The notes below the pieces were generated by a model. That model searched no databases. It was not told where the DNA came from and saw only the letters and a program-made list of their open reading frames with translations. Positions 8,581 to 18,792 of a DNA stretch of 64,000 nucleotides are shown in pieces. The position numbers were made by a program, and so were the translations under genes. The stretch is from positions 1-64,000 of IMG/VR virus record IMGVR_UViG_3300042199_000463. The stretch is one strand, 5' to 3'. The stretch comes from a virus. Its lineage: Duplodnaviria; Caudoviricetes. Every line of letters begins with the position of its first letter. The first letter of the stretch is position 1.

Positions 8581-9137
8581 GGTTTGTTGCCGATACCGGC
8601 AGCGTATGCAAGATCAATGAGGCCAGCGCTGTTAGTACCCTTAGTGTACGCCACTCTAAAGAATGGAGATGATGAAGACGGAAGATCAAATGGCTTACAC
8701 CCCGCCGTTAGCGGGATAGTATAGCTGCCATTCGGATACTCACACCAACAAACACCGTCTACGGATGTTTCGATCTTAATTATGCCATCGGCTGCATTAT
8801 TTCCGGACCATGATGCTTGAATGGAAAGACCGCCGCCAGTGTTAACCATCGTGTCCGAATTGAAATTGGCACCCATGCTTTGCTGATATGCAGCGTAGCT
8901 AACAGCTAGTGCTGGAAAGTACGTCGTGCGGTCACTCCACTTGGCCGTAAAGCTTCCTTTGTTGGCGTAGGTGGTAGTCCATATGGTGCCTTCACGAGTG
9001 ATACGGCTTATTTGCCATATTGCATCTGAGTCAGACGCAAGGAATGAATCGCTCCGCCCCGTGTAGCGTGTCCACGGGTTTGGCATATCTTCTTTGATGA
9101 GTCTTATCTCATCAAGTCTTCTTGAGCGAACTTCCAT
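8565..9137 (-). CDS. Two-domain putative structural protein (190 aa)
   Basis: C-terminal SIQASWSG...IETSVDG segment resembles the proteins at 49269-49616 and 62572-62901. Confidence 0.55.
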   Translation of the reverse strand: MEVRSRRLDEIRLIKEDMPNPWTRYTGRSDSFLASDSDAIWQISRITREGTIWTTTYANKGSFTAKWSDRTTYFPALAVSYAAYQQSMGANFNSDTMVNTGGGLSIQASWSGNNAADGIIKIETSVDGVCWCEYPNGSYTIPLTAGCKPFDLPSSSSPFFRVAYTKGTNSAGLIDLAYAAGIGNKPWAVK

Positions 9138-9403
9138 TAGTCCTCACCTGAATACGCTTCTTTCATGTCATTATCTTGCATCTCGATTTGTTTGGCGCGT
9201 TTTCTCAGGTCTTCCAAAGAGCGAATCTTTGTGACCTTGCCATCAAGGTATTGCTTCACCATTTTGAAAAGCTTTGGATCTGAATGAATCTCTTGCGCTT
9301 TGAGCAGAGCTTCTCCCATCTCTTCAAGATCTTCGTCAGAGTACTCGTACTCATTTTGCATGTATTTTTCAGACGCCTTGCCGTTTCCGCTTTTTGGTAG
9401 CAT
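9137..9403 (-). CDS. Hypothetical protein (88 aa)
   Basis: Charged helical protein, abutting neighbours in the late operon. Confidence 0.6.
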   Translation of the reverse strand: MLPKSGNGKASEKYMQNEYEYSDEDLEEMGEALLKAQEIHSDPKLFKMVKQYLDGKVTKIRSLEDLRKRAKQIEMQDNDMKEAYSGED

Positions 9404-11184
9404 TAGTTTTCACCTTTCATTAATTGCCAAGATGATACGGGAACACCGCTAGTTGAGAGTGCTCCGCCTATCTTTGAAGTCATTTGTGGAATACCGAGCG
9501 AGAAAGCTTTTCTCATAGCAGCAGGTGAGGTAAGTCCAACAAGCCCTGCGGCCCCTAGACCTCCGCCAACATAACCGCCGTAAGGTACTCCCATCTCATC
9601 GCCGACCAAATTCCCTGCCGCAATACCGAGGCCTGCTCCCAAAGCTCCGGAGGCTCCGACTCGTCCTGTCGATGTGCCGCCTTTGGCCGAAATGGCGGAA
9701 AGGGATGGGTCATGCCAAAAAGCATAGTCTTCCATTTTCTGGATTTTTGGGCCGAGATTTAGTCCCGGAAAAGTGCGGTCAATTCTTGCCACACTTTCTG
9801 CTTCCACTTTTTTTGCTTTGTTGCCTATGGTGGACAGAGTGCGGAAAGTCTTTTCCTCATCCTTGAATTTTCTTTTCAGGTAGTCTTCTACTTTCAAGGC
9901 ATCTTTGTAATTTTGGGACAGGCTTTTTTGCTGCGGAGAGAGGGCAAGTTGGCTGAGATCTTTTCCAGCCATGCTCTCAAGCTCTGATGCGGTCTTAATA
10001 ATGTTTCTCGCACCAAATGATTTACCTTTGAACCTATTCGGAGATCCAACTTTATGTGTCTCCGCGACTTCCTTAATTCTCTGTCGGAAGTTTAATAGGT
10101 CTGATGGATGTAGAGCATCCTTATACACCTGCATTTGATTTCCGGCGTCGTCTACGATGTTTCTCATCAGAAGAGGCTTTAGCTCTGCCTGCACAGCAGC
10201 TAGTTCTTCAGATGCAGCAATATCTCCAGTCCGCGCAATTTCTTGCTTCAAAGTATTTTCTAGGTTTTCGTATGCGGAGATGTAAGGCTGCATGTCCACC
10301 ATTTGGCCTGATTTTGCTAGCCCTTCTTCGTATGCTTTACCGGCCATTTGTGTGGCCTGTCTGGCGGTATCTTTTACATCTTTAGAAGCCTCGGTTACAA
10401 AATCAAGCACGCCTTCTTTTTCAAGCTGCTCTGTGTTCTTTACACCTTTGCCGCCACGCGCGATAATGCGCGCATTTCCGCCTGATAAAAATTCCATCAC
10501 GGACGGAAAAGCTTTTGGTATGAGGCTTCTTTGACTTTGAAAAGCTTTTTGCACGGCTTGCACGTCTGAAGAGTCAGGTGCTAGTTTTCCGACTTTTCTT
10601 AGTATGTTTGCAACCTGACTTTTTGTTGCTCCACCGCCAAAGATAGCTGGCAATGCCACACCAACTCCAGTTGCTACGCCAATGCTAGTGGGATCGTAGC
10701 TTTCTCGAACACCGGCTTTTTTAGCAAGGAACTGCTTAAGTACCTCAAGTCCACCTGATGTAGCTCCACCAGCAAGTGAAGCTCCGGGCATGCCGCCAAG
10801 TGCTCCGCCCACAACCTGCGCGCCTTGGGTAAGTCCAGCCTGCACGGCTTCATCAGCGATGTCGGAGGTTATGTCCCCGATATCGAATCCTTCCGGATCA
10901 AGTACATTCCATTCTTTTGCACCCTTGGGGCGCAAAAGAACCTGCCCACCTTTGGCAGAGTACTCATACTTATCGGGGTATAGTTTTTTCATGGCGGCGA
11001 TCTGCTCGTCTGGCCCAGCACCTACGGATTTAATTCCAGCCCGTTCAATGTATCCAATGTCTTCGGGCATCTTTTGAATGATCTCTTCTCCGCCTTTTGC
11101 GGATTGCAGAGAGTTGAGTACGGCGGCTTTTTCTGATTGTGAGAGGCTATTCCACTCTTCTCTTGTGTATTTCTTACCAGCCAT
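9403..11184 (-). CDS. Internal virion (DNA ejection) protein (593 aa)
   Basis: Gly/Ala-rich hydrophobic hairpins at both ends; last of a run of ejection-like genes downstream of the nozzle. Confidence 0.7.
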   Translation of the reverse strand: MAGKKYTREEWNSLSQSEKAAVLNSLQSAKGGEEIIQKMPEDIGYIERAGIKSVGAGPDEQIAAMKKLYPDKYEYSAKGGQVLLRPKGAKEWNVLDPEGFDIGDITSDIADEAVQAGLTQGAQVVGGALGGMPGASLAGGATSGGLEVLKQFLAKKAGVRESYDPTSIGVATGVGVALPAIFGGGATKSQVANILRKVGKLAPDSSDVQAVQKAFQSQRSLIPKAFPSVMEFLSGGNARIIARGGKGVKNTEQLEKEGVLDFVTEASKDVKDTARQATQMAGKAYEEGLAKSGQMVDMQPYISAYENLENTLKQEIARTGDIAASEELAAVQAELKPLLMRNIVDDAGNQMQVYKDALHPSDLLNFRQRIKEVAETHKVGSPNRFKGKSFGARNIIKTASELESMAGKDLSQLALSPQQKSLSQNYKDALKVEDYLKRKFKDEEKTFRTLSTIGNKAKKVEAESVARIDRTFPGLNLGPKIQKMEDYAFWHDPSLSAISAKGGTSTGRVGASGALGAGLGIAAGNLVGDEMGVPYGGYVGGGLGAAGLVGLTSPAAMRKAFSLGIPQMTSKIGGALSTSGVPVSSWQLMKGEN

Positions 11185-12281
11185 TATTCCGCCCTCATAC
11201 TTTCAGGCAGTGCGTCGTAGGAGTCGTCCACTACACCACCGCCTGAAACAGTTTTGTACTGTGATTTGTATTCATCAAGTATCGGCGTAACTACTTTGGA
11301 CGGATGACTTGTGCGCAGATTTTTTAACTGCCGGTCAAAGTCTTTGTCTGTTGCATCCTCAAGTTGTTTTAGTGCTCTAGCTGCCCCTGCGCTAGATCCG
11401 CGCAAAAGTTTTGATGCCAGTACTTTTGTCCAGCCGCCTTCCGAACCCAAAAGCCCGCCGATAAGTTTTGCATCTGAGTCAGTGATAGCTCCCAGTGCGA
11501 ACTTGTCTTTTGCGGAAAGCTTTGCTTGCGACATTAGGTTATTGAATAAATCCAAGTCCACGCCACTTGTTGGCAGACCCTTCTGCTCTACGAATTCACG
11601 CATAGTTTTTAGGGCAGATTTGAAATTTATGAATCCCGGTATGGTTTTACCGATGTCTGATTTCGATAAAGAGTCTCTAAGTTTTTGCTGATCGATTTCA
11701 AGTTTTGCGTCGTCGCGCTCTTTCTTTTGCTCTTTATTGGCTTGCGCTAAAGTTTTAGCGCTCAACGCCTTAAGCGCTGCCTGCTCTTTCATAGCCGACG
11801 CATTGAGTCTCGTTCGCAAAAGATTCATCTCAGATTCGCTTAGAGCGCCGCGTGCTTTGTTAAGACCAGCTTGCAGTTGGCGGATCATCTCCATTCTGGA
11901 CTGCGGAGTTTCCGAAGGCTGATAGTTTTTAGCCTGATTTGTTCCGTACCAAGCATCAAGCATCGAGGCGATAGGGGATAGATCAGTTTGAATAGGGAGT
12001 TGTTTGTAGCCTTCCAAAGCTTTTTGCTGCTGCGTGATGTCCTGCTGAGCAAGACCCATGTTATTTTGCTGCTGCGCCGTTAGTTGGCGGTTGAGCTCCG
12101 CTTCCTCGGCTTGTTGTCTGCGGAGTTGCGCAAGGTATTCTTGTGTGGCTTGATCGTTTGGGTCAACAGGCGCAGGAGGAAATCCGCCGCCCGCAGGAGT
12201 TGATGCGTTAACGTCCTCTTGCGTAGGTACTCCCGCAATTGGTGAAAACTGTGGCATGTTATACCAAACTGTCCGAGCCAT
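11184..12281 (-). CDS. Internal virion (ejection) protein (365 aa)
   Basis: Gln/Ala-rich coiled coil; position typical of podovirus ejection proteins. Confidence 0.65.
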   Translation of the reverse strand: MARTVWYNMPQFSPIAGVPTQEDVNASTPAGGGFPPAPVDPNDQATQEYLAQLRRQQAEEAELNRQLTAQQQNNMGLAQQDITQQQKALEGYKQLPIQTDLSPIASMLDAWYGTNQAKNYQPSETPQSRMEMIRQLQAGLNKARGALSESEMNLLRTRLNASAMKEQAALKALSAKTLAQANKEQKKERDDAKLEIDQQKLRDSLSKSDIGKTIPGFINFKSALKTMREFVEQKGLPTSGVDLDLFNNLMSQAKLSAKDKFALGAITDSDAKLIGGLLGSEGGWTKVLASKLLRGSSAGAARALKQLEDATDKDFDRQLKNLRTSHPSKVVTPILDEYKSQYKTVSGGGVVDDSYDALPESMRAE

Positions 12282-12293
12282 GTTCTACTCCGC

Positions 12294-12635
12294 TTAGAAT
12301 TGTCCGCTAGATTGTGGAGGCCCTTGTTGCACGTAGGGGTTGCCCATGCTGCTCCAAACAGTCCGCCCACCGTCAGCTCCTCCTTGTGCAAGGAGCTGTT
12401 GCATGTAGTTGTTGTACGCTTGGCGCTGTTGCTCATCTTGGTACATCTTCGCAGCGGCTAGGCCACCACTTGCTACCGTAGCACCAGTATCAGCCGTCAA
12501 AGTATTTGCTGGCTGCATGCCTGTCCAAGGAGAGTACTTAGCTTTAGCTACCTCAATGGGAAGCTGCTTTTTTTCTTTCTGCTTTTGCGCTACGGCCTGC
12601 ACAGCCGCCATCGCAAGTGGAATCCACGCTGCCAT
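12294..12635 (-). CDS. Small internal virion protein (113 aa)
   Basis: MAAWIPLAMAAVQAVA hydrophobic start, Gln-rich; in the ejection cluster. Confidence 0.6.
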   Translation of the reverse strand: MAAWIPLAMAAVQAVAQKQKEKKQLPIEVAKAKYSPWTGMQPANTLTADTGATVASGGLAAAKMYQDEQQRQAYNNYMQQLLAQGGADGGRTVWSSMGNPYVQQGPPQSSGQF

Positions 12636-12646
12636 ATTTTTCTCCT

Positions 12647-13570
12647 TTATCCTATGATGCCTGCTGGATCTGCTAGTTTAGACCAAGCTGAACGAGCTCC
12701 TGCGTTTTGTAAAGCGTCAGCAAGTTCTGCCCCTGCTTTTCTCTTCATTCCTTCGCCGTAAATGAACTGCTCGTTGGCGAGTCGCTGCTGCTCTCCGGTA
12801 AGTCTATTTCCGATGTTGAACATCTGACCTTGATTTTGTTGTCCGATGTTGAACTGCTCTAGGCCAGCCTTGTACTGTGCCGCACCGAGCTGCGCTCCGG
12901 GAAGTTGAGACAAGAATTGATTTTTCTGTTGTTGATCTTGCAGACCGATATCCGCACGAGACAGAGCACCTTGTTGCAGCACACCTTGGCGCGCCAAAGC
13001 TTGATTTTGCATGGCCTGATTTCCAAGACGCATAGCTGCACCGCCGCGTAGACCGCCGCGTGCTGCCATGCTCGCCCTTGCTTGAGCGGCTTGATTTGCG
13101 GATAGTTGAGCTGCCGCACCTGTGAGTGCGGACTGCTCTAGTCCTTGCTTCTGCAAAGCCATACGAGCCCAAGGACTGTCGCCTTGTTCAAGTGCGCGCG
13201 CTTTAATGGCCTCGATGCCAGACATATCTAAAGCATTTTTTCCGAGGTCAAGCTGACCTGCCGAGTAGATGTTTTGCGCATCTTGGAATGGGTCTTTGTA
13301 TACTGGAGCTGTAGGCATGGGGATGCCGCTTGCTGTATCTACTCTTGGGTCATCTTTTAGTGGCGAAGACGCTCCCGCTCTTTCACCGCCTCCTTGGATA
13401 TCTCGTGCTGTCTGGCGGCCCATGTACGTCCCGCCACCTGTGACAACGTCTTCAGCACGGACTTTGTCGCCCGAACCTACTGCGCGGTTTATTCCACCAC
13501 TTAAAACTGTAGAGGTATTTTTACCGAGTGTTTTGTCCGCTTTTTTTGCAAACTTCTGAAGATAGCCCAT
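12647..13570 (-). CDS. Internal virion protein (307 aa)
   Basis: Gly/Ala/Gln-rich low complexity, directly after the adaptor gene. Confidence 0.65.
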   Translation of the reverse strand: MGYLQKFAKKADKTLGKNTSTVLSGGINRAVGSGDKVRAEDVVTGGGTYMGRQTARDIQGGGERAGASSPLKDDPRVDTASGIPMPTAPVYKDPFQDAQNIYSAGQLDLGKNALDMSGIEAIKARALEQGDSPWARMALQKQGLEQSALTGAAAQLSANQAAQARASMAARGGLRGGAAMRLGNQAMQNQALARQGVLQQGALSRADIGLQDQQQKNQFLSQLPGAQLGAAQYKAGLEQFNIGQQNQGQMFNIGNRLTGEQQRLANEQFIYGEGMKRKAGAELADALQNAGARSAWSKLADPAGIIG

Positions 13571-13578
13571 GTTTTACC

Positions 13579-14271
13579 TCAGCTCATTTCGTTATAAAGG
13601 CGCATATCGGCCTCTAGTTCATTTTGGGTATCTGGGAATATGTTCGACAGTGTAGCAATCGTGTCCGCTTTTTCCATCTCCAAATCAGCGATAGCTTTTT
13701 GAAGGTTCGGATGCCCTTCCTTTTCGTAGCACCTAACCTTGGCATACTGGATCACGTAGTTCACGGCCTCAGGTATATCCATGACATCAGTTTCAGCAGA
13801 AAGGCGGTTTGCATTCCTGAGATACCAAACCTTGAGATATGCGCCGTTTTCCAAAGGAGTAGGAGCTAAAAGAATTTTTGGCGAGCCTGCCGTAGAGTTT
13901 ACGAGCATGTATCCGTACAAAGCGTTGTAGGATGTGCCAGCTTTTAGGAGCTCGTACTCTTCAAATTTTCTCCAATCCTTGACACGCTGAAGCTGATAAA
14001 CCGTGGTCCCATTTCTGTATATGATGCCGCGAATTTTCATGGCATACACATCAGTCGGGAAAGAATACTCCTCTTGTCCGCTCACTAGGCTGATCGTTGT
14101 GCGAGTGATAAAGTAGTCTTCGTTCAGAGTGTGAATTTGGCGCTCTACTTCGTCGATAGCTTCGTTGATGTAGGAGTCAAGTTCGGCTTGATTAATGAAC
14201 GTCTCGCCTTCAAGATCCAAATCTCTTTGAATCTTGTCTCTAATTTCTAGGAGCGTCCAGTAAGTGCTCAT
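13579..14271 (-). CDS. Head-tail adaptor protein
   Basis: 230 aa; TLLEIRDKIQRDLD...ELDSYINEA helical N-terminus typical of podovirus adaptors; next to the nozzle gene. Confidence 0.75.
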   Translation of the reverse strand: MSTYWTLLEIRDKIQRDLDLEGETFINQAELDSYINEAIDEVERQIHTLNEDYFITRTTISLVSGQEEYSFPTDVYAMKIRGIIYRNGTTVYQLQRVKDWRKFEEYELLKAGTSYNALYGYMLVNSTAGSPKILLAPTPLENGAYLKVWYLRNANRLSAETDVMDIPEAVNYVIQYAKVRCYEKEGHPNLQKAIADLEMEKADTIATLSNIFPDTQNELEADMRLYNEMS

Positions 14272-14588
14272 TAGTTTTCCTCGTATCTTCCTACGAATGC
14301 ACGAATTGTCGTCGCACCCGAAGTTGTAAAATCTAGGTTTGTTCTATCAAAATTAGCATAATTCCATGTCAAAGTAACGGCTGGGCTTACGTGCAAAGTG
14401 ATGATGTCTTTTGGTACAAACGAAAGATTGTGTTTGTGTTTGTAGTTTGTAACCGCCCCGTTGACGGAGATCTCAAAAAACTTAAACTGCCCCTTCTCAA
14501 AAGGACTCGCGTTGATGTTATCTTGCAGGCGCTTAAAATTCTCCTGCTCAAACTCCCCTTCAATCTCTTTTCTGAAAAGAGAAATCAT
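14271..14588 (-). CDS. Small virion protein (105 aa)
   Basis: HNLSFVPKD motif; between nozzle and adaptor. Confidence 0.55.
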   Translation of the reverse strand: MISLFRKEIEGEFEQENFKRLQDNINASPFEKGQFKFFEISVNGAVTNYKHKHNLSFVPKDIITLHVSPAVTLTWNYANFDRTNLDFTTSGATTIRAFVGRYEEN

Positions 14589-16867
14589 CCGGCACCTACT
14601 TCACCGGTACCGGCGGTCTTAAACACGTTTTGAGTCTGTCCGTATATTTCATAATCAATCGCGTATGCGATGAGATTCAAGACTTCGTTCTTTGGTATGC
14701 CGCGCACTACCCACTTTTGATCAAGCGCGGATGCGGATGCTCCGGACGGATCATCGTATGTTAGGACATCATTTGTGCGGGCTGTAATCAAGTACTCACG
14801 CACGTAGTTGTCGGCCTCAAATGAGATGTAGTAGTCGACAGCATTGCTTGGCCAATCCTTGGTTGCAGCTTCGTCCAATGTCGCAGTCTTTGCTACGGCG
14901 TCGATGTCCACTGTGCCGAGTAGATCGGAGCTCACTATAGCAACCATCGCATTTGTTAGCCGCACCTGCTTATAATTACACCGCAGGTTTTCAGCAGGGA
15001 ATCTGCGAAGCTCATCGATGAGCCCCTGCTTATTCCACTCAAACGAGATGTCGCCCCAGTAAATGTCGGGGTCTCCCCACGTTAAGTTACCTCTGTAACG
15101 AATGGGCAAGAGGTTAGCTTCTTTTCTGCCGTCGTCGTTGATGGACACGATTTGAAGTGACAGATTTGTACTGTCCTCGGCCACCACTGTTACACGTGGA
15201 ACAAATTTCCGTACATTAGTTGTGCCGAAATTATACGCCACCGATTCAATCGTGTAGATGATTGACGTGCGTATCCAGTTTGCCACGGCGGTGCCTGTGT
15301 CAATCTTTGGGTCTGACTTAGTCAAGGAGTTGTGCTTGAGTACATATCCTCTTCGATCACACCGAATCAAATCGCCATTTGAGTCAAACTCAATAGCAGT
15401 AGGGCTGAAAGAATCGCCGCCAGTAATAGTCGTAAAGGTAGCGTTTTCTTTGACACCATAGTTGAGATCAAGGACGTAGGCTTTGTCCGTATCCGTGATG
15501 GACTCGTGCTGCACAACCCACCACACACGGCGTTTTCTTCTGTCGTATTTTCCTTGTACACGTCTGCGCTTGGCGGCCTGCAATGCTGCATCGGACGAAG
15601 CTGTGACAAAAGCTGCGTAAGTTTGGTCATAGTCCTCGTTCAGCTTTACGACTTGAAAACCGTTTGTAAAATATGTGCCGTCAACACCCGCCCAAAAAAC
15701 GCCGTCAAATGTCTGTACTTGCGCCTGAGCATTTAAGGCTGTGGACGTGTCCGAGATAGACTCTGCGGTGAAGTCCCCTCGTCCGAGCTCGTCAATTTCT
15801 CCGTCTAGCCTAAAACACGAGTTTGTGTTCACAAGCACGGGATTACTTTTCGTTGACGACACACCAACGATTGTGTCGTTGATGTCGGTGTAAAAATCAG
15901 GCGGCACAGCAAAGAAAGCACCGGGTACGGATTGAAGGACACGGTTTTTTAAATTCTCCGTTCCATCCAAAATACCTGCGTAGTACGCCTTCTCGTTTGA
16001 GATGTGCACAATCGAGCACTTTGGCGGCTGTACGAATTCTACAACGTCGCCCGTGGTGTAGAGAGTCTCGTTATTTTGAATTGAGGCGTCGGCGAAGTTG
16101 TCGTTATATGATGTGGTAGCGTTAGAGATTTCGGCGACTTTGAAAAACACTGTGCCATTACTAAGTGTGCGGTACAGAACTTTTTTGATGTTGGTCGTGT
16201 CAAAGTTTCTTGTGCCGCCGTTTGCGAGCACAGGAATAGTTGTGAAGTTAACCGATGTTGCGTTCGTGATTTCATATATGTCCGAAGTCTCGGAGTACTC
16301 TTTAAACTCAACTCCATCCACATCCACGTAAGTGTGCTCGTGTACCCATTTATAAAGCCAATTATTGCCGCCGCCTAAGACAGGAGTCTTGGTGATCGCC
16401 GCCATCGAGATCTGCGGAAGACCTACTTCCAATATTTGCCAACTTCCACCCGTGAGCTGCACGAGCTTTTGCGGATACCATTGCCCTGAGTGTGCGAAGT
16501 AGGCTTGGTTATTCCAAATAGAATAACTGAACACAGAGTTCGTATCTGCGGCATTGAATGCAGGATTTCCAGTAGGTCCTGTAACTTCCGGCCAGTTGGA
16601 TACAGTGCTGTAGCGGTAAAGCTTGGAGCTCGACTGCACAAAAAGCTGCGTGCCCACGTAAAACGATGTGCTGATACGCTGCGCACCCGGAGGAATCTGT
16701 GGATAAGTTGTGTCTAAGATGTCAGAACCGGGGCGCGTAAACGGCTTAGCCTGACCTTGGTATTGGATGAGCAATACGTTATCAGCCACCTTCATTTTGT
16801 TTGGCGGCGCGTTAAGGTGGTAGTCTGTTACCCCACCAGAGAAATCTGTTACTTCTAAGACTTGCAC
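14585..16867 (-). CDS. Tail nozzle / tubular protein B-like (760 aa)
   Basis: N-terminal DFSGGVTD motif, beta-propeller-like composition, size and position. Confidence 0.75.
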   Translation of the reverse strand: MQVLEVTDFSGGVTDYHLNAPPNKMKVADNVLLIQYQGQAKPFTRPGSDILDTTYPQIPPGAQRISTSFYVGTQLFVQSSSKLYRYSTVSNWPEVTGPTGNPAFNAADTNSVFSYSIWNNQAYFAHSGQWYPQKLVQLTGGSWQILEVGLPQISMAAITKTPVLGGGNNWLYKWVHEHTYVDVDGVEFKEYSETSDIYEITNATSVNFTTIPVLANGGTRNFDTTNIKKVLYRTLSNGTVFFKVAEISNATTSYNDNFADASIQNNETLYTTGDVVEFVQPPKCSIVHISNEKAYYAGILDGTENLKNRVLQSVPGAFFAVPPDFYTDINDTIVGVSSTKSNPVLVNTNSCFRLDGEIDELGRGDFTAESISDTSTALNAQAQVQTFDGVFWAGVDGTYFTNGFQVVKLNEDYDQTYAAFVTASSDAALQAAKRRRVQGKYDRRKRRVWWVVQHESITDTDKAYVLDLNYGVKENATFTTITGGDSFSPTAIEFDSNGDLIRCDRRGYVLKHNSLTKSDPKIDTGTAVANWIRTSIIYTIESVAYNFGTTNVRKFVPRVTVVAEDSTNLSLQIVSINDDGRKEANLLPIRYRGNLTWGDPDIYWGDISFEWNKQGLIDELRRFPAENLRCNYKQVRLTNAMVAIVSSDLLGTVDIDAVAKTATLDEAATKDWPSNAVDYYISFEADNYVREYLITARTNDVLTYDDPSGASASALDQKWVVRGIPKNEVLNLIAYAIDYEIYGQTQNVFKTAGTGEVGAG

Positions 16868-16868
16868 G

Positions 16869-17249
16869 TTAGCTCGTATAGTAAAGAGTCAAGTTCAAGG
16901 TATTGTCGTTTACATACACGTAAAAAGTCGTTGCTGTGACTTTCTCGATTGTCGGAAAATACTGATGCCCTGTCGTCGTATTTTTCACCTGCACAAAGTA
17001 GTCGTTGTACTGCAAAGATCCGGGCATAGTTACCGTCTGACGGTATGTGCCGTTTCCTTGGTGTACCCATCCTGCGGCCACAATCGTTGAGGTCGTAGCC
17101 GTGACGGATGATGAAGTGATCTTCGCAGAATTCACTCCGTTGTGCGTGTGGTCGTTAAGCTGCTGGATGTCGTCTTCAAGTGCGACAAAAAATACGTCGC
17201 CCTTGTCACCAGTCTGCGGCTTTTTGAAACCGTATGTTAGTGTCTGCAT
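16869..17249 (-). CDS. Small tail-associated protein (126 aa)
   Basis: LTYGFKKPQTGD start and NDHTHNG motif, resembling fibre/baseplate N-termini. Confidence 0.55.
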   Translation of the reverse strand: MQTLTYGFKKPQTGDKGDVFFVALEDDIQQLNDHTHNGVNSAKITSSSVTATTSTIVAAGWVHQGNGTYRQTVTMPGSLQYNDYFVQVKNTTTGHQYFPTIEKVTATTFYVYVNDNTLNLTLYYTS

Positions 17250-17444
17250 TTACTTCTCCAAAGATACATCCCAAGCTTCCGCAACAGTGGCCACGAGTTT
17301 GTCATCAACGTTATTGTCAGTTTTCTTCGCTGCGGCTTGGCAAATGTAAACTATCATTTTTCCAACAGCCGCTTGTGTCATCAGTTTCCACAAAAGACCT
17401 GCAAGCAATTTAAGTAGAGCATTTGTCATTGAAAAACTCCCCAT
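17250..17444 (-). CDS. Small membrane-associated, possibly holin-like protein
   Basis: Hydrophobic N-half plus KKTDNNVDDKLV motif; directly after NlpC/P60; likely start MTNALL at 17429. Confidence 0.45.
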   Translation of the reverse strand: MGSFSMTNALLKLLAGLLWKLMTQAAVGKMIVYICQAAAKKTDNNVDDKLVATVAEAWDVSLEK

Positions 17445-17860
17445 GGATAGTTTGGAAGGATGATTGAGTTTACATCTTTTCGTGAACTAATAGGACGTAC
17501 TCGGACAAAAGCGTTTTGCGCTTTAGCTGCGTCTAAGGAGGTGGTTTTGGAATCTCCGCCACCGGCCTCAACCATAAACGTATCATTTAAAGCGATTCCG
17601 ACATGACTTATGGGACTCCCAAAAAACACGAGCGCGCCAAACGAGGCTTTGGTTTGAATGACACCCTTCGCTTTGAAGTACTCTTTTAGTCCCGAAGCAG
17701 TCGCGTCTTGACCCTTTGACCACTGTCCGGAAGCCATCAAAAACTCGATAGCTAGTCCTGAACAATCAAAACCATCCATCGCATCATCTCCGCCCCACCT
17801 GTAAGGTGTGCCGATAAGGCGCATGAGGTAATCGTACATAATGCTTTGTGAGCCAAACAT
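17426..17860 (-). CDS. NlpC/P60 family peptidoglycan endopeptidase
   Basis: IGTPYRWGG...GFDCSGL catalytic Cys and SHVGI catalytic His. Confidence 0.92.
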   Translation of the reverse strand: MFGSQSIMYDYLMRLIGTPYRWGGDDAMDGFDCSGLAIEFLMASGQWSKGQDATASGLKEYFKAKGVIQTKASFGALVFFGSPISHVGIALNDTFMVEAGGGDSKTTSLDAAKAQNAFVRVRPISSRKDVNSIILPNYPWGVFQ

Positions 17861-18792
17861 TAAAGCTCCATAATCTTAGTTACGAACATCAGGTCAACAC
17901 CTGAATGAGTTTTATTCTGCGGGCAAGGTCGCCACTCAAAAAATTCTTTTAAGTGATCCGTGTATTCTAGCTCACCTTCTTGCCAAAGATACGATGCGCA
18001 ATGGTTTTCTGAAGTCGGGAGCGCATCATTTGGAAAATGCGACTCATCCATTAGTAGCTTGATCGCTTTTGATTGATCGCCCGTGAACTTTCCTAGCATC
18101 GCGTGAAATAGAGCATTATTCGGCTCTAGTTCTGTGTACGCTTTTAGTACCGCAAGTTCGTTGTCAGTGATGGCTTTGTTGACAAGGTAGTTTTGCAGGA
18201 TTGTGATGACGTGAAGGTGCGCTTCAAAGTTCTGCCTAAGAATCACTAGCCCTTCGTCTGTTGCATCAATCAAAACGCCTGTGAGTTTTGGGTTTAGTGC
18301 GTCTATCATAATCTTTAGGCGGTAAATCATTGTTGGCGCGAATGCTACTCGTGACATAAGTGTCGCAAAATCTATTGCCTCGCCCATGATCCAATCATTA
18401 GCGTCACCGTAGTCGTAAATAGACTGAAGAACGTCTTGCCGCCCGTTTGAAAAAGCCCAGAGCATAAGGCCATTGAACATGTCTTTTGAAATGCTCGACT
18501 TTGAGCCATTCGGATAGCAGGATTTTGTTGGATGACGCAGCCACTTTCCGTCAGATTGTCTTGCAAGAGTTGGGTCAACAGGAAATCCGCTGAATGCTGC
18601 AATGCTGTTGAACAAGAGCGCGTCACATTCAAAATCAAGCCATCCCGATTCATCAGTATGAGATTTTGCTAACTCAACGTAGAGGTCGCGCTTTTTAATC
18701 ACATCCTCAATTGAATGAGTTGTGGCTACCGCGACATGCTTAGGCTTCATGTCGCAGGAGGTGATTAGAAATGCGAGAAGAAGGAGGCGCAT
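17860..18792 (-). CDS. Putative lipoprotein of unknown function (310 aa)
   Basis: MRLLLLAFLITSC signal peptide with lipobox-like Cys; helical body. Confidence 0.6.
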   Translation of the reverse strand: MRLLLLAFLITSCDMKPKHVAVATTHSIEDVIKKRDLYVELAKSHTDESGWLDFECDALLFNSIAAFSGFPVDPTLARQSDGKWLRHPTKSCYPNGSKSSISKDMFNGLMLWAFSNGRQDVLQSIYDYGDANDWIMGEAIDFATLMSRVAFAPTMIYRLKIMIDALNPKLTGVLIDATDEGLVILRQNFEAHLHVITILQNYLVNKAITDNELAVLKAYTELEPNNALFHAMLGKFTGDQSKAIKLLMDESHFPNDALPTSENHCASYLWQEGELEYTDHLKEFFEWRPCPQNKTHSGVDLMFVTKIMEL

